A program made the translations under genes and the position numbers. Below, piece after piece: positions 47,077 through 55,695 of a DNA stretch of 64,000 nt (positions are counted from its first letter, which is position 1; every line of letters starts with the position of its first letter). Source of the stretch: an uncultured Pseudomonadota bacterium (GTDB lineage Bacteria > Pseudomonadota > Alphaproteobacteria > JACZXZ01); NCBI GenBank assembly GCA_963749075.1, contig CAVVLJ010000017.1:1-64000 (forward strand), written 5' to 3'. Under the pieces are notes generated by a model. The model made no database searches and was not told the origin of the DNA. It saw only the letters and a list, made by a program, of their open reading frames with translations.

Positions 47077-47952
47077 ATGGACTACGTGAACAAGGAAGCG
47101 CTCGTCAGCACGGACTGGCTGGCGCGCCACCTCGCGGCACCGGACGTGCGGGTGATCGACGCCTCGTGGTACCTGCCGCAGCTCAAGCGCGACGCCAAGG
47201 CCGACTATGCCGCGCGCCATATTCCGGGTGCCGTCTTCTTCGACATCGACGAGATCGCCGACACCGCGAACCCGCTCCCCCACATGCTGCCGACGCCCGA
47301 GAAGTTCGCGGCGCGGGTGCGCAAGATGGGGCTCGGCGACGGCAACCGGATCGTCGTTTATGACGGCGGCATGATGGCGAGCGCCGCTCGGGTGTGGTGG
47401 ACCTTCCGCACCTTCGGACACTCGGATGCGGCCGTGCTCGACGGCGGCTTCAGGAAGTGGCTCAAGGAGGGGCGCCCGGTCGAGAGCGAGCCGCCCATGC
47501 CGCGCGAGCGGCACTTCACGCCGCGCTTCGACCATGCGCTCGTGCGCGACCTCAAGGAGATGAAGCGCAACGTGGCAAGCGGCCGCGAGCAGGTGCTCGA
47601 CGCGCGCTCGCGCGGCCGCTTCGCCGGCAGCGAGCCCGAGCCGCGCGCGGGCTTGCGCGGCGGCCATATCCCCGGCAGCCTCAACCTGCCCTACGATCTC
47701 CTCATCGACGGGGAGAGCGGCACCATGAAGCCGGCGGCGGAGCTCGAGCGGCTCTTCGCGGAGGCCGGCGTCGACACGGCGCGGCCCGTCGTCACCAGCT
47801 GCGGCTCGGGCGTCACCGCGTCGCTCCTGGCGCTCGGCCTCCACCTCGCCGGGCACAAGGATGTCGCGGTCTATGACGGCTCGTGGAGCGAATGGGGCTC
47901 GCTGAGCGACACGCCGGTCGAGAGCGGCCCGCCGGCGGCTGCCGCCCGCTGA
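47077..47952 (+). CDS. sseA: 3-mercaptopyruvate sulfurtransferase (double rhodanese)
   Basis: LVSTDWL, HIPGAVFFDID, ARVWW, LDGG, DARS..RF, GHIPG, active site CGSGVTA, YDGSWSEW. Confidence 0.93.
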   Translation: MDYVNKEALVSTDWLARHLAAPDVRVIDASWYLPQLKRDAKADYAARHIPGAVFFDIDEIADTANPLPHMLPTPEKFAARVRKMGLGDGNRIVVYDGGMMASAARVWWTFRTFGHSDAAVLDGGFRKWLKEGRPVESEPPMPRERHFTPRFDHALVRDLKEMKRNVASGREQVLDARSRGRFAGSEPEPRAGLRGGHIPGSLNLPYDLLIDGESGTMKPAAELERLFAEAGVDTARPVVTSCGSGVTASLLALGLHLAGHKDVAVYDGSWSEWGSLSDTPVESGPPAAAAR

Positions 47953-47966
47953 GCCGCGGCTCCGCC

Positions 47967-48536
47967 ATGCCGAACATCCCGCCGCCGCGGCCGGACGGCA
48001 AGCTCGCGGTCACCGTCACCTATCTCGAGATGGAGCGCGCGCCGGCACGCCAGCCGCATCCCGCTCCCAAACGCAAGCTCGCCCTCTTCCGCGCCGAGGC
48101 CATGCCGGTGCACTTCTACCGCTACCTCTACAACACGGTCGGCGAGCCCTGGCTGTGGTACGAGCGGCGCCTGCTCGACGACGCGATGCTTGCCTCGGCG
48201 ATCCAGCATCCGCTCGTCGAGATCTACGTGCTCTACGCGGGGGGCGTGCCCGCCGGCTACGCCGAGCTCGACCGCCGCGTGCCGGGCGAGAGCGAGCTCG
48301 CCTATTTCGGCCTGGTGCCCGATTTCATCGGCCAGGGCCTCGGCAGCTATCTCCTCGACTGGACCATCGACACCGCCTGGCGCGCGGCGCAGCACCGGCT
48401 CTGGGTCCATACCTGCAGCCTCGATCACCCGCGCGCGCTGCAGACCTACCAGAAGGCCGGCTTCGTGCCCTACCGCCAGGTCGCAACGAGCATCGACGAT
48501 CCCCGGGTGAGCGGAGTCATCCCCTTCAAGGGGTGA
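47967..48536 (+). CDS. GNAT-family N-acetyltransferase
   Basis: VTYLEM, FYRYLY..VG..W.W, YFGL.P.FIGQGLG, WVHTC.LDHP.AL..YQKAGF. Confidence 0.88.
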   Translation: MPNIPPPRPDGKLAVTVTYLEMERAPARQPHPAPKRKLALFRAEAMPVHFYRYLYNTVGEPWLWYERRLLDDAMLASAIQHPLVEIYVLYAGGVPAGYAELDRRVPGESELAYFGLVPDFIGQGLGSYLLDWTIDTAWRAAQHRLWVHTCSLDHPRALQTYQKAGFVPYRQVATSIDDPRVSGVIPFKG

Positions 48537-48620
48537 GCGACCGGCGACGGCCGCCCCTGGCGCGCGGCCCGGTGCGGTGCCAGAATGTTTTCGTTGGGCA
48601 GACCACGCAGGCGGGCAGCC

Positions 48621-49058
48621 ATGGACAGCGGCGCGAGCGGACCGGGCGAGATCGCGGTCGAGGAGGTGCTGGCCGCACTGGCCTTCGACCGCGACGGGCT
48701 GATCGGCGCCATCGCCCAGCAGTTCGACACCGGCGAGGTGCTCATGTTCGCCTGGATGAACCGCGACGCCGTGGCCGCGACGCTGCGAAGCGGCCGGGTG
48801 CATTACTGGTCGCGCAAGCGGAATGTGCTGTGGCGCAAGGGCGAGACCTCGGGCCAGGAGCAGCGCCTCGTCGAGCTGCGCTTCGATTGCGACCAGGACG
48901 CCATCCTCCTCCAGGTCGACCAGCGCGGCGTCGCCTGCCACACCGGGCGCAGGAGCTGCTTCTTTACGGCCTTGCGCGGCGGCCGCATCGAGACCATCGC
49001 CGAGGTCAAGGTCGACCCCAAGGCGCTCTACGGCGCCAAGGCACTCCGAGGCGAATGA
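48621..49058 (+). CDS. hisI: Phosphoribosyl-AMP cyclohydrolase
   Basis: GEVLMFAWMN, YWSR.R..LWRKGETSG, DCDQD, ACHTGRRSCF. Confidence 0.95.
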   Translation: MDSGASGPGEIAVEEVLAALAFDRDGLIGAIAQQFDTGEVLMFAWMNRDAVAATLRSGRVHYWSRKRNVLWRKGETSGQEQRLVELRFDCDQDAILLQVDQRGVACHTGRRSCFFTALRGGRIETIAEVKVDPKALYGAKALRGE

Positions 49059-49753
49059 GCGCGCTCGCGCTGACGCCGCTCGAGAGCGAGGCGCTGCTGC
49101 TCAGCCTGCGCGTGGCCTTCTGGAGCGTGCTCTCGAGCCTGCCGTTCGGCCTCGCCTTCGCCTACCTCCTCGCGCGCCGCGACTTCCTCGGCAAGCATCT
49201 CCTGAACGGCGTCATCCATCTGCCGCTCGTGCTGCCGCCGGTCGCCGTCGGCTATGTCCTCCTCCTCCTCCTCGGGCGGCACGGTCCGCTCGGCGCCTTC
49301 CTCGCGAACGTCTTCGGCATCACCATAGCCTTCACCTGGAAGGGGGCGGCGGTTGCCTCGGCGGTGATGGCCTTTCCCCTCATGGTGCGCGCCATCCGCC
49401 TCTCCCTCGAGGCGGTCGACCGCAAGCTCGAGGCGGCGGCGCGCACGCTCGGCGCCGGTCGCTTGCGCGTCTTCCTCACGGTGACGCTGCCGCTCACCGC
49501 ACCGGGCCTCTTGACCGGCGCCGTCCTCGCCTTTGCCCGCAGCCTCGGCGAGTTCGGCGCCACCATCACCTTCGTCTCCAACATTCCCGGCGAGACCCGC
49601 ACGCTGCCGCTTGCGCTCTACACCCTGAGCCAGACCCCCGAGGGCGACGCGGGGGCGCTGCGCCTCGTGGTGATCGCCTTCCTCCTCGCCATGGCGGCGC
49701 TCATCGTCTCGGAGCTCCTCGCCCGCCGTGTGGCCGCCCGGCTCGGCATGTGA
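49055..49753 (+). CDS. modB: Molybdate ABC transporter permease
   Basis: HLPLVLPPV.VGY.LL, FPLMVRAIRL, EAAARTLGA, FARSLGEFGATI, TLPLA.Y. Confidence 0.93.
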   Translation: MSALALTPLESEALLLSLRVAFWSVLSSLPFGLAFAYLLARRDFLGKHLLNGVIHLPLVLPPVAVGYVLLLLLGRHGPLGAFLANVFGITIAFTWKGAAVASAVMAFPLMVRAIRLSLEAVDRKLEAAARTLGAGRLRVFLTVTLPLTAPGLLTGAVLAFARSLGEFGATITFVSNIPGETRTLPLALYTLSQTPEGDAGALRLVVIAFLLAMAALIVSELLARRVAARLGM

Positions 49754-49754
49754 C

Positions 49755-50882
49755 ATGCTGGAGGTGCGCGCCAAGCGCCGCTTCGAGAGCTTCGCGCTCG
49801 ACGTGGAGTTCAGCGCAGCGTCGGGCGGCGTCACCGCCCTCTTCGGCCGCTCGGGTGCCGGCAAGACGCTCGTCGTCAACACCCTCGCCGGCTTGGTGCG
49901 CCCGAGCGAGGGGCGCATCGCCATCGACGGCACGGCGCTCTTCGATTCGGCGCTCGGCATCGATCTGGCGCCCGAGAAGCGGCGCCTCGGCTACGTCTTC
50001 CAGGAAGGGCGGCTCTTCCCCCACATGAGCGTTAGGAGCAATCTCGCCTACGGCATGAAGGGCCGCGGCGCCGCTGCACGCGAGGAGCTCGCGCGCATCG
50101 CCGACCTCCTCGGCCTCGAGGCGCTCCTCGAGCGGCGCCCGCGCGACCTCTCGGGCGGCGAGAAGCAGCGCGTGGCGATCGGCCGCGCCCTCCTCGCCTC
50201 GCCGCGGCTCCTCCTCATGGACGAGCCGCTCGCCGCACTCGACGCCGCGCGCAAGGCCGAGATCCTGCCTTACATCGAGCGCCTCAGGGACGAGCTCGGC
50301 ATGCCGATCGTCTATGTGAGCCACGCCATGGAGGAGATCGTGCGGCTCGCCGACACGGTCGTGCTGATCTCCCAAGGGCGCGTCGCCGCGGCCGGGCCGA
50401 TCGAGGAGGTCATGAGCCGGCTCGACCTGCGCCCGATGACCGGACGCTACGATGCGGGCGCCGTCATCGCCTGCACGGTCGAGAGCCACGACGAGCGCGA
50501 CGCCTTGACCGCCTTGCGCTTTGCCGGCGGCCGCCTTCTCGTGCCGCGCATCGAGCTCGCGCCCGGCAGCCGGCTCCGGGTGCGCGTGCGCGCGCGCGAC
50601 GTTTCGGTGGCCCTCGAGCCGCCGGCTCGGATCAGCGTGCTCAACGTCTTCCGCGGCCGCGTCGTCGAGGTGGGCGAAGACGGCGGCACGCAGATCGACC
50701 TCCTCCTCGACATCGGAGCACCGCTCTGGGCGCGCGTGACGCGGCGCTCCTTCCGCGAGCTCGGCCTCAAGCCGGGAAAGCCCGTCCACGCGCTCGTCAA
50801 GGCGGTGGCCATCGACCGCCACAGCCTCGGCCGCGCCGGCCTCCCCCGCTTCCTCGGCGAGGACGAGGAGGCGGCCGGCTAA
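49755..50882 (+). CDS. modC: Molybdate ABC transporter ATP-binding protein
   Basis: GRSGAGKT, VFQEGRLFPH, LSGGEKQRVAIGRAL, MDEPL, C-terminal TOBE (S.LN, L.L.PG..V.A.VKAV). Confidence 0.93.
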   Translation: MLEVRAKRRFESFALDVEFSAASGGVTALFGRSGAGKTLVVNTLAGLVRPSEGRIAIDGTALFDSALGIDLAPEKRRLGYVFQEGRLFPHMSVRSNLAYGMKGRGAAAREELARIADLLGLEALLERRPRDLSGGEKQRVAIGRALLASPRLLLMDEPLAALDAARKAEILPYIERLRDELGMPIVYVSHAMEEIVRLADTVVLISQGRVAAAGPIEEVMSRLDLRPMTGRYDAGAVIACTVESHDERDALTALRFAGGRLLVPRIELAPGSRLRVRVRARDVSVALEPPARISVLNVFRGRVVEVGEDGGTQIDLLLDIGAPLWARVTRRSFRELGLKPGKPVHALVKAVAIDRHSLGRAGLPRFLGEDEEAAG

Positions 50883-50998
50883 GGGCCGTGGCGCACCGGC
50901 TGCCGCTCGCATCCCTTGTGGCGCATCGGCGGAGGCGGTAGTTTCGCCGCGATAATCTCTCTCAGAGCGCGCCCTCGCGCAAGCTAAGGAGGCCCGTC

Positions 50999-51646
50999 AT
51001 GCCGGCAGTCGATTGCCATCCCAGCGCCCCGCACAAGAAGCTCCGCGTGCCGGACTGGTACGTCTCCAGCCTCATGCTCGACCGCGCGCTCGACGCCATC
51101 CTGCGCCGCGTCAAGAAGCTCGACCGCAATCACGACATTCCCTATCTCGCCGGCTACAGCGTCGACGGCAAGACGATCTTCATCGACCGCCACCTGCCGA
51201 AGACTTTCCGCTATCGCGGCCGCAACATAGGCGTCGACCGCTACCTCATCCTGCACGAGGAGGTCGAGAAGACCCTCATCGACCAGCTCGGCCTGCACTA
51301 CCTCCACGCCCATCAGATCGCGACGCGGGCCGAGCAGGGGGCGGTACGCGCCGACCGCATCGAGTGGCGCGACTACGACCGCTTCATGCAGAAGTACGTC
51401 AAGCGCATCGGCGACGAGCGCCTGACCAAGGTGCCCGCGGACCTCGATCTCAAGCCCTACCGGGACGAGCATGACGTGGACCTCATCAGGCGCATGCTGG
51501 AGGCGATCGACCGGCGCGACCTGCCGCGGGCGCTCGCCGACAAGAGGCTCAAGCCCGTGCTCGAGGATTCGATGGCCGCGATCGCCGCCAAGCTCAGGGA
51601 GCGCAAGGCCAAGAGCCCGCGGCGGCGCGCGGCCAAGGCGGCCTAA
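50999..51646 (+). CDS. Hypothetical protein, possible metal-binding (HEEVE, HxxH)
   Basis: AAGGAGG RBS, host-like codon usage; DIPYLAGYS.DGKTIFIDRH, LHEEVEK, HYLHAHQIA. Confidence 0.75.
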   Translation: MPAVDCHPSAPHKKLRVPDWYVSSLMLDRALDAILRRVKKLDRNHDIPYLAGYSVDGKTIFIDRHLPKTFRYRGRNIGVDRYLILHEEVEKTLIDQLGLHYLHAHQIATRAEQGAVRADRIEWRDYDRFMQKYVKRIGDERLTKVPADLDLKPYRDEHDVDLIRRMLEAIDRRDLPRALADKRLKPVLEDSMAAIAAKLRERKAKSPRRRAAKAA

Positions 51647-52632
51647 TCCAGCGCCTCCTTGTTGATCACGTTGTCGCGGATGGGCTTGCCGTCGAGCGCG
51701 CTCAACAAGTTGCGCGCCGCGGCGGCGGCCATGCGGGCGACCGATTCGCGCGTGACGCCCGCCATGTGCGGTGACGTGATGACGTTCGGCAGCCGCAGCA
51801 GCGGATGGTCGGCCGGCGTGGGCTCTTGGGCGAAGACGTCGAGCCCGGCGCCGGCGAGGCGCCCTTCGCTGAGTGCTGCGTGGAGGGCCGCCTCGTCGAT
51901 GAGCCCGCCGCGCGCGGTATTGACGAGATAGGCCGTGCGCTTCATGCGCGCGAGGCGCGCCGCGTCGAACATGCCCGCGGTCTCGGGCGTCTTCGGGCAA
52001 TGGATGGTCACGAAGTCGGCGCGGCTCACTGCGGCGTCGAGATCCTCGACCGGCACGCAGCCGGCCGCCCGGATGCTCTCCGCCGGCACATAGGGGTCGT
52101 AGACCTCGACCGTCATCTCCATGGCGAGGCAGCGCTTGGCGGTGCGCGTGCCGATGCGGCCGAAGCCCACGATGAGGAGCGTCTTGCCGAGGAGATCGAC
52201 GGGGAGCTCGACGCGCCGCTCGGGCCAGCGGCCCTCCTGCATGAGGGCGTGCAACGCCGCACCGCGCTTGGCCAGGGTCATCATGAAGAAGATCGCCTGC
52301 TCGGCGACCGAGGGCGAATTCGCGGTGCCGACCACCATGAGCGGTACGCGCGCGCGCGTGAGTGCCGGCACGTCGATCGCGTCGTAGCCGACGCCGAGGC
52401 GCGCCACCACCTCGAGGCCGCGAGCCGCGGCGAGCTCGGCCTCGCCGAAGCGCGTCTGACCCAGGGCCACGCCGTTGACCTCGCCGTTCGTCTCGAGGAG
52501 CGTCACGAATTCGCGTTGCGGCATCATGTTGGGGAAGGGCACGGCATCCACGTCGCCGCGCGCGCGCAGGATCTCCCATCCCTCCTCTCCCAACGCGTCG
52601 GTGATCAAGAGCTTCTTCTTGTTCGTCGCCAT
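51643..52632 (-). CDS. D-2-hydroxyacid dehydrogenase (SerA-like, no ACT domain)
   Basis: R.GVGYD.ID, SVAE, GFGRIG, YDP, H.P, VNTARGG.IDE, LDVF..EP, SPH.AG.T. Confidence 0.9.
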   Translation of the reverse strand: MATNKKKLLITDALGEEGWEILRARGDVDAVPFPNMMPQREFVTLLETNGEVNGVALGQTRFGEAELAAARGLEVVARLGVGYDAIDVPALTRARVPLMVVGTANSPSVAEQAIFFMMTLAKRGAALHALMQEGRWPERRVELPVDLLGKTLLIVGFGRIGTRTAKRCLAMEMTVEVYDPYVPAESIRAAGCVPVEDLDAAVSRADFVTIHCPKTPETAGMFDAARLARMKRTAYLVNTARGGLIDEAALHAALSEGRLAGAGLDVFAQEPTPADHPLLRLPNVITSPHMAGVTRESVARMAAAAARNLLSALDGKPIRDNVINKEALD

Positions 52633-52722
52633 GCGCGTCGCCTCCTGCTATATAGGCGGGAGCTAATCCCCGACCGTGCCCCGGCCGGCGGGAGAGTGTC
52701 GCATAACGGGAGGACCTGCGCG

Positions 52723-53520
52723 ATGCTGCTGACGCTGGGCGGACGCCGCCTCTATTACGATCTCATGGGCGCCGAGACGGGGGCGCTCGTCTGCTTCACC
52801 CATTCGCTCGCCTCCGACGGCGGCATGTGGGCGGAGCAGATGCCGCCGCTCCTCGCCGCCGGCTATCGCGTGCTGCGCCTGGACATGCGCGGGCACGGCG
52901 GGAGCGACGCGCTCGCGGGCGGCTACACCATGGCGGCCCTCGCCGGCGACGTGGCGGCGGCACTCGATGCGCTCGGCCTCCCTCCGGTGCATTTCATCGG
53001 CCTCTCGATCGGCGGCATGATCGGCCAGGGCTTCGCCTTGGCGCACGGTGCCAAGCTCAAGTCGCTCATGCTGTGCGACACGCTGCCGGCGACGCCGCCG
53101 GGCGCCAAGGAAATCTGGGCGCCGCGCGAGAGCGCCGTCAAAGCGGCGAACTCGCTCGTCCCCCTCGCCGACGGCACCACGGAGCGCTGGCTCACCGATG
53201 CCTTCAAGGCGCGCAATCCGGCGCGCTGGAAGCAGATCCGCGAGACCGTCGCCGCCACCACGCCGGCCGGCTTCCTCGGCTGCGCCGCGGCGATCCAGAA
53301 ATTCGACTTCACGGGCAAGCTGCCGTCCCTCCGGCTGCCCACGCTCGTCGTCTGCGGCGCCGACGACCAGGGCACGCCGGCCGCCGAGAACAAGCGCATC
53401 GCGGCGCTCGTGCCGGGGGCGCGCTACGAGGAGATCGCCAAGGCGCGGCACTTCCCCAACGTCGAGCTGCCGGACACCTTCAACCGCCTCATGATGGGCT
53501 GGCTCGCGGCGCAGCGCTGA
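52723..53520 (+). CDS. Alpha/beta hydrolase, 3-oxoadipate enol-lactonase (PcaD)-like
   Basis: HSL, D.RGHG.S, GLSIGGMIG, G..D..TP, H.PNVE.P..F. Confidence 0.8.
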   Translation: MLLTLGGRRLYYDLMGAETGALVCFTHSLASDGGMWAEQMPPLLAAGYRVLRLDMRGHGGSDALAGGYTMAALAGDVAAALDALGLPPVHFIGLSIGGMIGQGFALAHGAKLKSLMLCDTLPATPPGAKEIWAPRESAVKAANSLVPLADGTTERWLTDAFKARNPARWKQIRETVAATTPAGFLGCAAAIQKFDFTGKLPSLRLPTLVVCGADDQGTPAAENKRIAALVPGARYEEIAKARHFPNVELPDTFNRLMMGWLAAQR

Positions 53521-53536
53521 GCGGCGGCGGAACGCG

Positions 53537-55534
53537 TCACTTGGCGGCGGCCGCCTCGAAGGGCGCCTCGAGCTTGCCGTCGCGCCAGATGCCCGACTTC
53601 ACGAGCTTGCCGCCCGGGTCGAGGAGAATGCCGCGGCCGTTCGCCAGGTTGTCGCGGAACTCGCCCTCGTATTGCTCGCCGTTGGGTGCGGTCGAGACCA
53701 TGTAGCCGCTCATGCGCTCGCGCGACCATTGCCCTTCGTAGTGGTGGCCGTCGGCGGTGGTGTAGACGCCGTAGCCGTCGCGTATCGAGCCGGCATCCTG
53801 GCGGAACTCGCCCTCGTAATGGGCGCCGTCCGACCAGTAATAGATGCGGTAGCAGACGGCACCTTCGTCCGCGCTGAACTGGCCCTCCATGCGGTCGCCG
53901 TTGTTGAAGTAATAGATGCCGTAGCCCGAGTATCTCATGTTGGCGTCGATGCCGCCCTCGTAGCGCTGCCCGGGGGAATTGGCGGGAGCGCCGGCGAAGA
54001 GCCCGGCCCCGCCCCCGTTGCGCGCCCGCGCCGCCGCATCCCGCGCGCGCGGTTGCGCATCGTAGGCTTTCGCCTGCGCCTGCCGCGCGCGCGCGGCGGC
54101 GGCCGTGGCGCGGCGGCGGACATCCTCGATCCTGGCCTGGATCGCCGCAGCGTCGGCGGCAGCCCCCGTCTCGGGCGCTGCCGGGGGCTGCTTCTCGGGC
54201 GCCGCGGCGGCCTGGGGCGCCGGCTGGGCGACGGGCTCGACTGCCGCCGCCGCCGCGGGCGCCGGGGCAGGCTCGGCCGGTGGTGCTGCTTCGCGAGGGG
54301 ACGGCTTCTCGAGCGCCGCCAGGTCGCGCGCGGCCTGCAGCGCCTTGTCGGCGACAGCACTCTTGTCATCGAGGGCGAGCGATTTCTTGTAGCGCAGAAG
54401 GGCGGCGTCCCGCTCGCCCGACCGGCGATAGGCCTCGCCGAGGAGATATTCCGCCGCGGCATCGTCCTTGAGCGCCACGGACGCCCGCAGCTCCTTGACC
54501 GCCGTCTCGAGGCGGCCCGCCTTGAGCGCCTCGGCGCCGGCGAAGGCACGGGCCGCGGCCTCATGGGCGCGCGCCTCGGCCGCCTTCTTGAGGGCTGCCA
54601 TGATTGCCGGCGTGAGCTTGCCGTCGACCGTGAGATGCTCCTTCTTCTCGAAGGCGCTCAGCGCCGCGCTCAATTTGGCGCTCGGCTTGGCGGCGGGCGG
54701 CCCGGGATCGTAGCCGAGGAGCTTTAGGAGACGTGCCGCCTCGGCCGTCTCCCCGGCGGCCTTGGCCGCCAGGTCGGAGGCCGCGGCGGCACCCCCGCTC
54801 CGCGCCCGCGCCGCCATGGCACTCGCCGGATCGCGCGCCAGCGACTCGTCGTAGGCCTTGAGCGCGAGCTCGCTCTCGTGCTCGAGGCGATAGGCCTCGC
54901 CGAGGAAGAAATCGGCCTCGGCGTCCGGGCTGATCGCGAGGCCGGCCGTGAGCTCCTCGACAGCCGCGGCCGCCCTGCCGTCCTTGAGCGCCGCCAGTCC
55001 CGCCTTGAAGTGCACGACGGCATCCTCGCTCGGCGGCGGCGGCGCTGCACCAGCCGCGGCCTCGCTCCGCGGCGCCGTCGCAGGCTTCCACGCCGCGGCG
55101 AGGCGCTGGGCCTCGGCGAGCTGCTCCTTCGACATCTTCGCGGCGAGCGCGTCCCGCGCCTCGGCGGCACCCGGCGCTCCCGCCGCCGCGGCGAGGTTGT
55201 ACCAGCGGTGGGCCTCGACGTAATCCTGCGCCACGCCGAGGCCGTCCTCGTAGAGTGCGGCCACGCGCATCTCCGCTTCGGCATCGCCGCGGTTCGCGAC
55301 CTCGAGCCAGTCCGCGAGGGCCGAGCCGTAGTCCTTCGCCTCATAGGCGGCGACGCCCGCCTCGTAGCCCGCCTCGTCGAGCCAGTCCTTGTAGGCCGCC
55401 TTGTGCACCAGTGCGGCATGTGCCGCGGCCTCGGAGTCGTCCTGGGTGCAACCCGTAGCGAGCGCCAGGAGGCACCCTGCTGCGAGTGCCAGACGAATGA
55501 GCCGGCTTCCTCGATCGGCGCGGCAAGACGTCAT
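53537..55534 (-). CDS. Lipoprotein with SEL1, TPR, peptidoglycan-binding and MORN-like repeats
   Basis: Lipobox ATGC; SEL1 (LYEDGLGVAQDYVEAHRWY); TPRs; PG_binding_1 (L..LGYDPG...A...F.....L.VDG); MORN-like YEGEF/YEGQW repeats. Confidence 0.75.
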   Translation of the reverse strand: MTSCRADRGSRLIRLALAAGCLLALATGCTQDDSEAAAHAALVHKAAYKDWLDEAGYEAGVAAYEAKDYGSALADWLEVANRGDAEAEMRVAALYEDGLGVAQDYVEAHRWYNLAAAAGAPGAAEARDALAAKMSKEQLAEAQRLAAAWKPATAPRSEAAAGAAPPPPSEDAVVHFKAGLAALKDGRAAAAVEELTAGLAISPDAEADFFLGEAYRLEHESELALKAYDESLARDPASAMAARARSGGAAAASDLAAKAAGETAEAARLLKLLGYDPGPPAAKPSAKLSAALSAFEKKEHLTVDGKLTPAIMAALKKAAEARAHEAAARAFAGAEALKAGRLETAVKELRASVALKDDAAAEYLLGEAYRRSGERDAALLRYKKSLALDDKSAVADKALQAARDLAALEKPSPREAAPPAEPAPAPAAAAAVEPVAQPAPQAAAAPEKQPPAAPETGAAADAAAIQARIEDVRRRATAAAARARQAQAKAYDAQPRARDAAARARNGGGAGLFAGAPANSPGQRYEGGIDANMRYSGYGIYYFNNGDRMEGQFSADEGAVCYRIYYWSDGAHYEGEFRQDAGSIRDGYGVYTTADGHHYEGQWSRERMSGYMVSTAPNGEQYEGEFRDNLANGRGILLDPGGKLVKSGIWRDGKLEAPFEAAAAK

Positions 55535-55695
55535 TGGCGGAGGCGAGAAGAGGAGATGGCCGCGGTTTCGCGCATGAGCCCCCTTCGAGTTGCGCGAAGC
55601 TTAACAGGAACGCGGCGGCGATTGAAGCGCCCGGCCGCGCGGCGGCCGCGACAAAATCGAGCCCCGGCCAAGGGCACGTGCGGGCTCGAGCCGGC

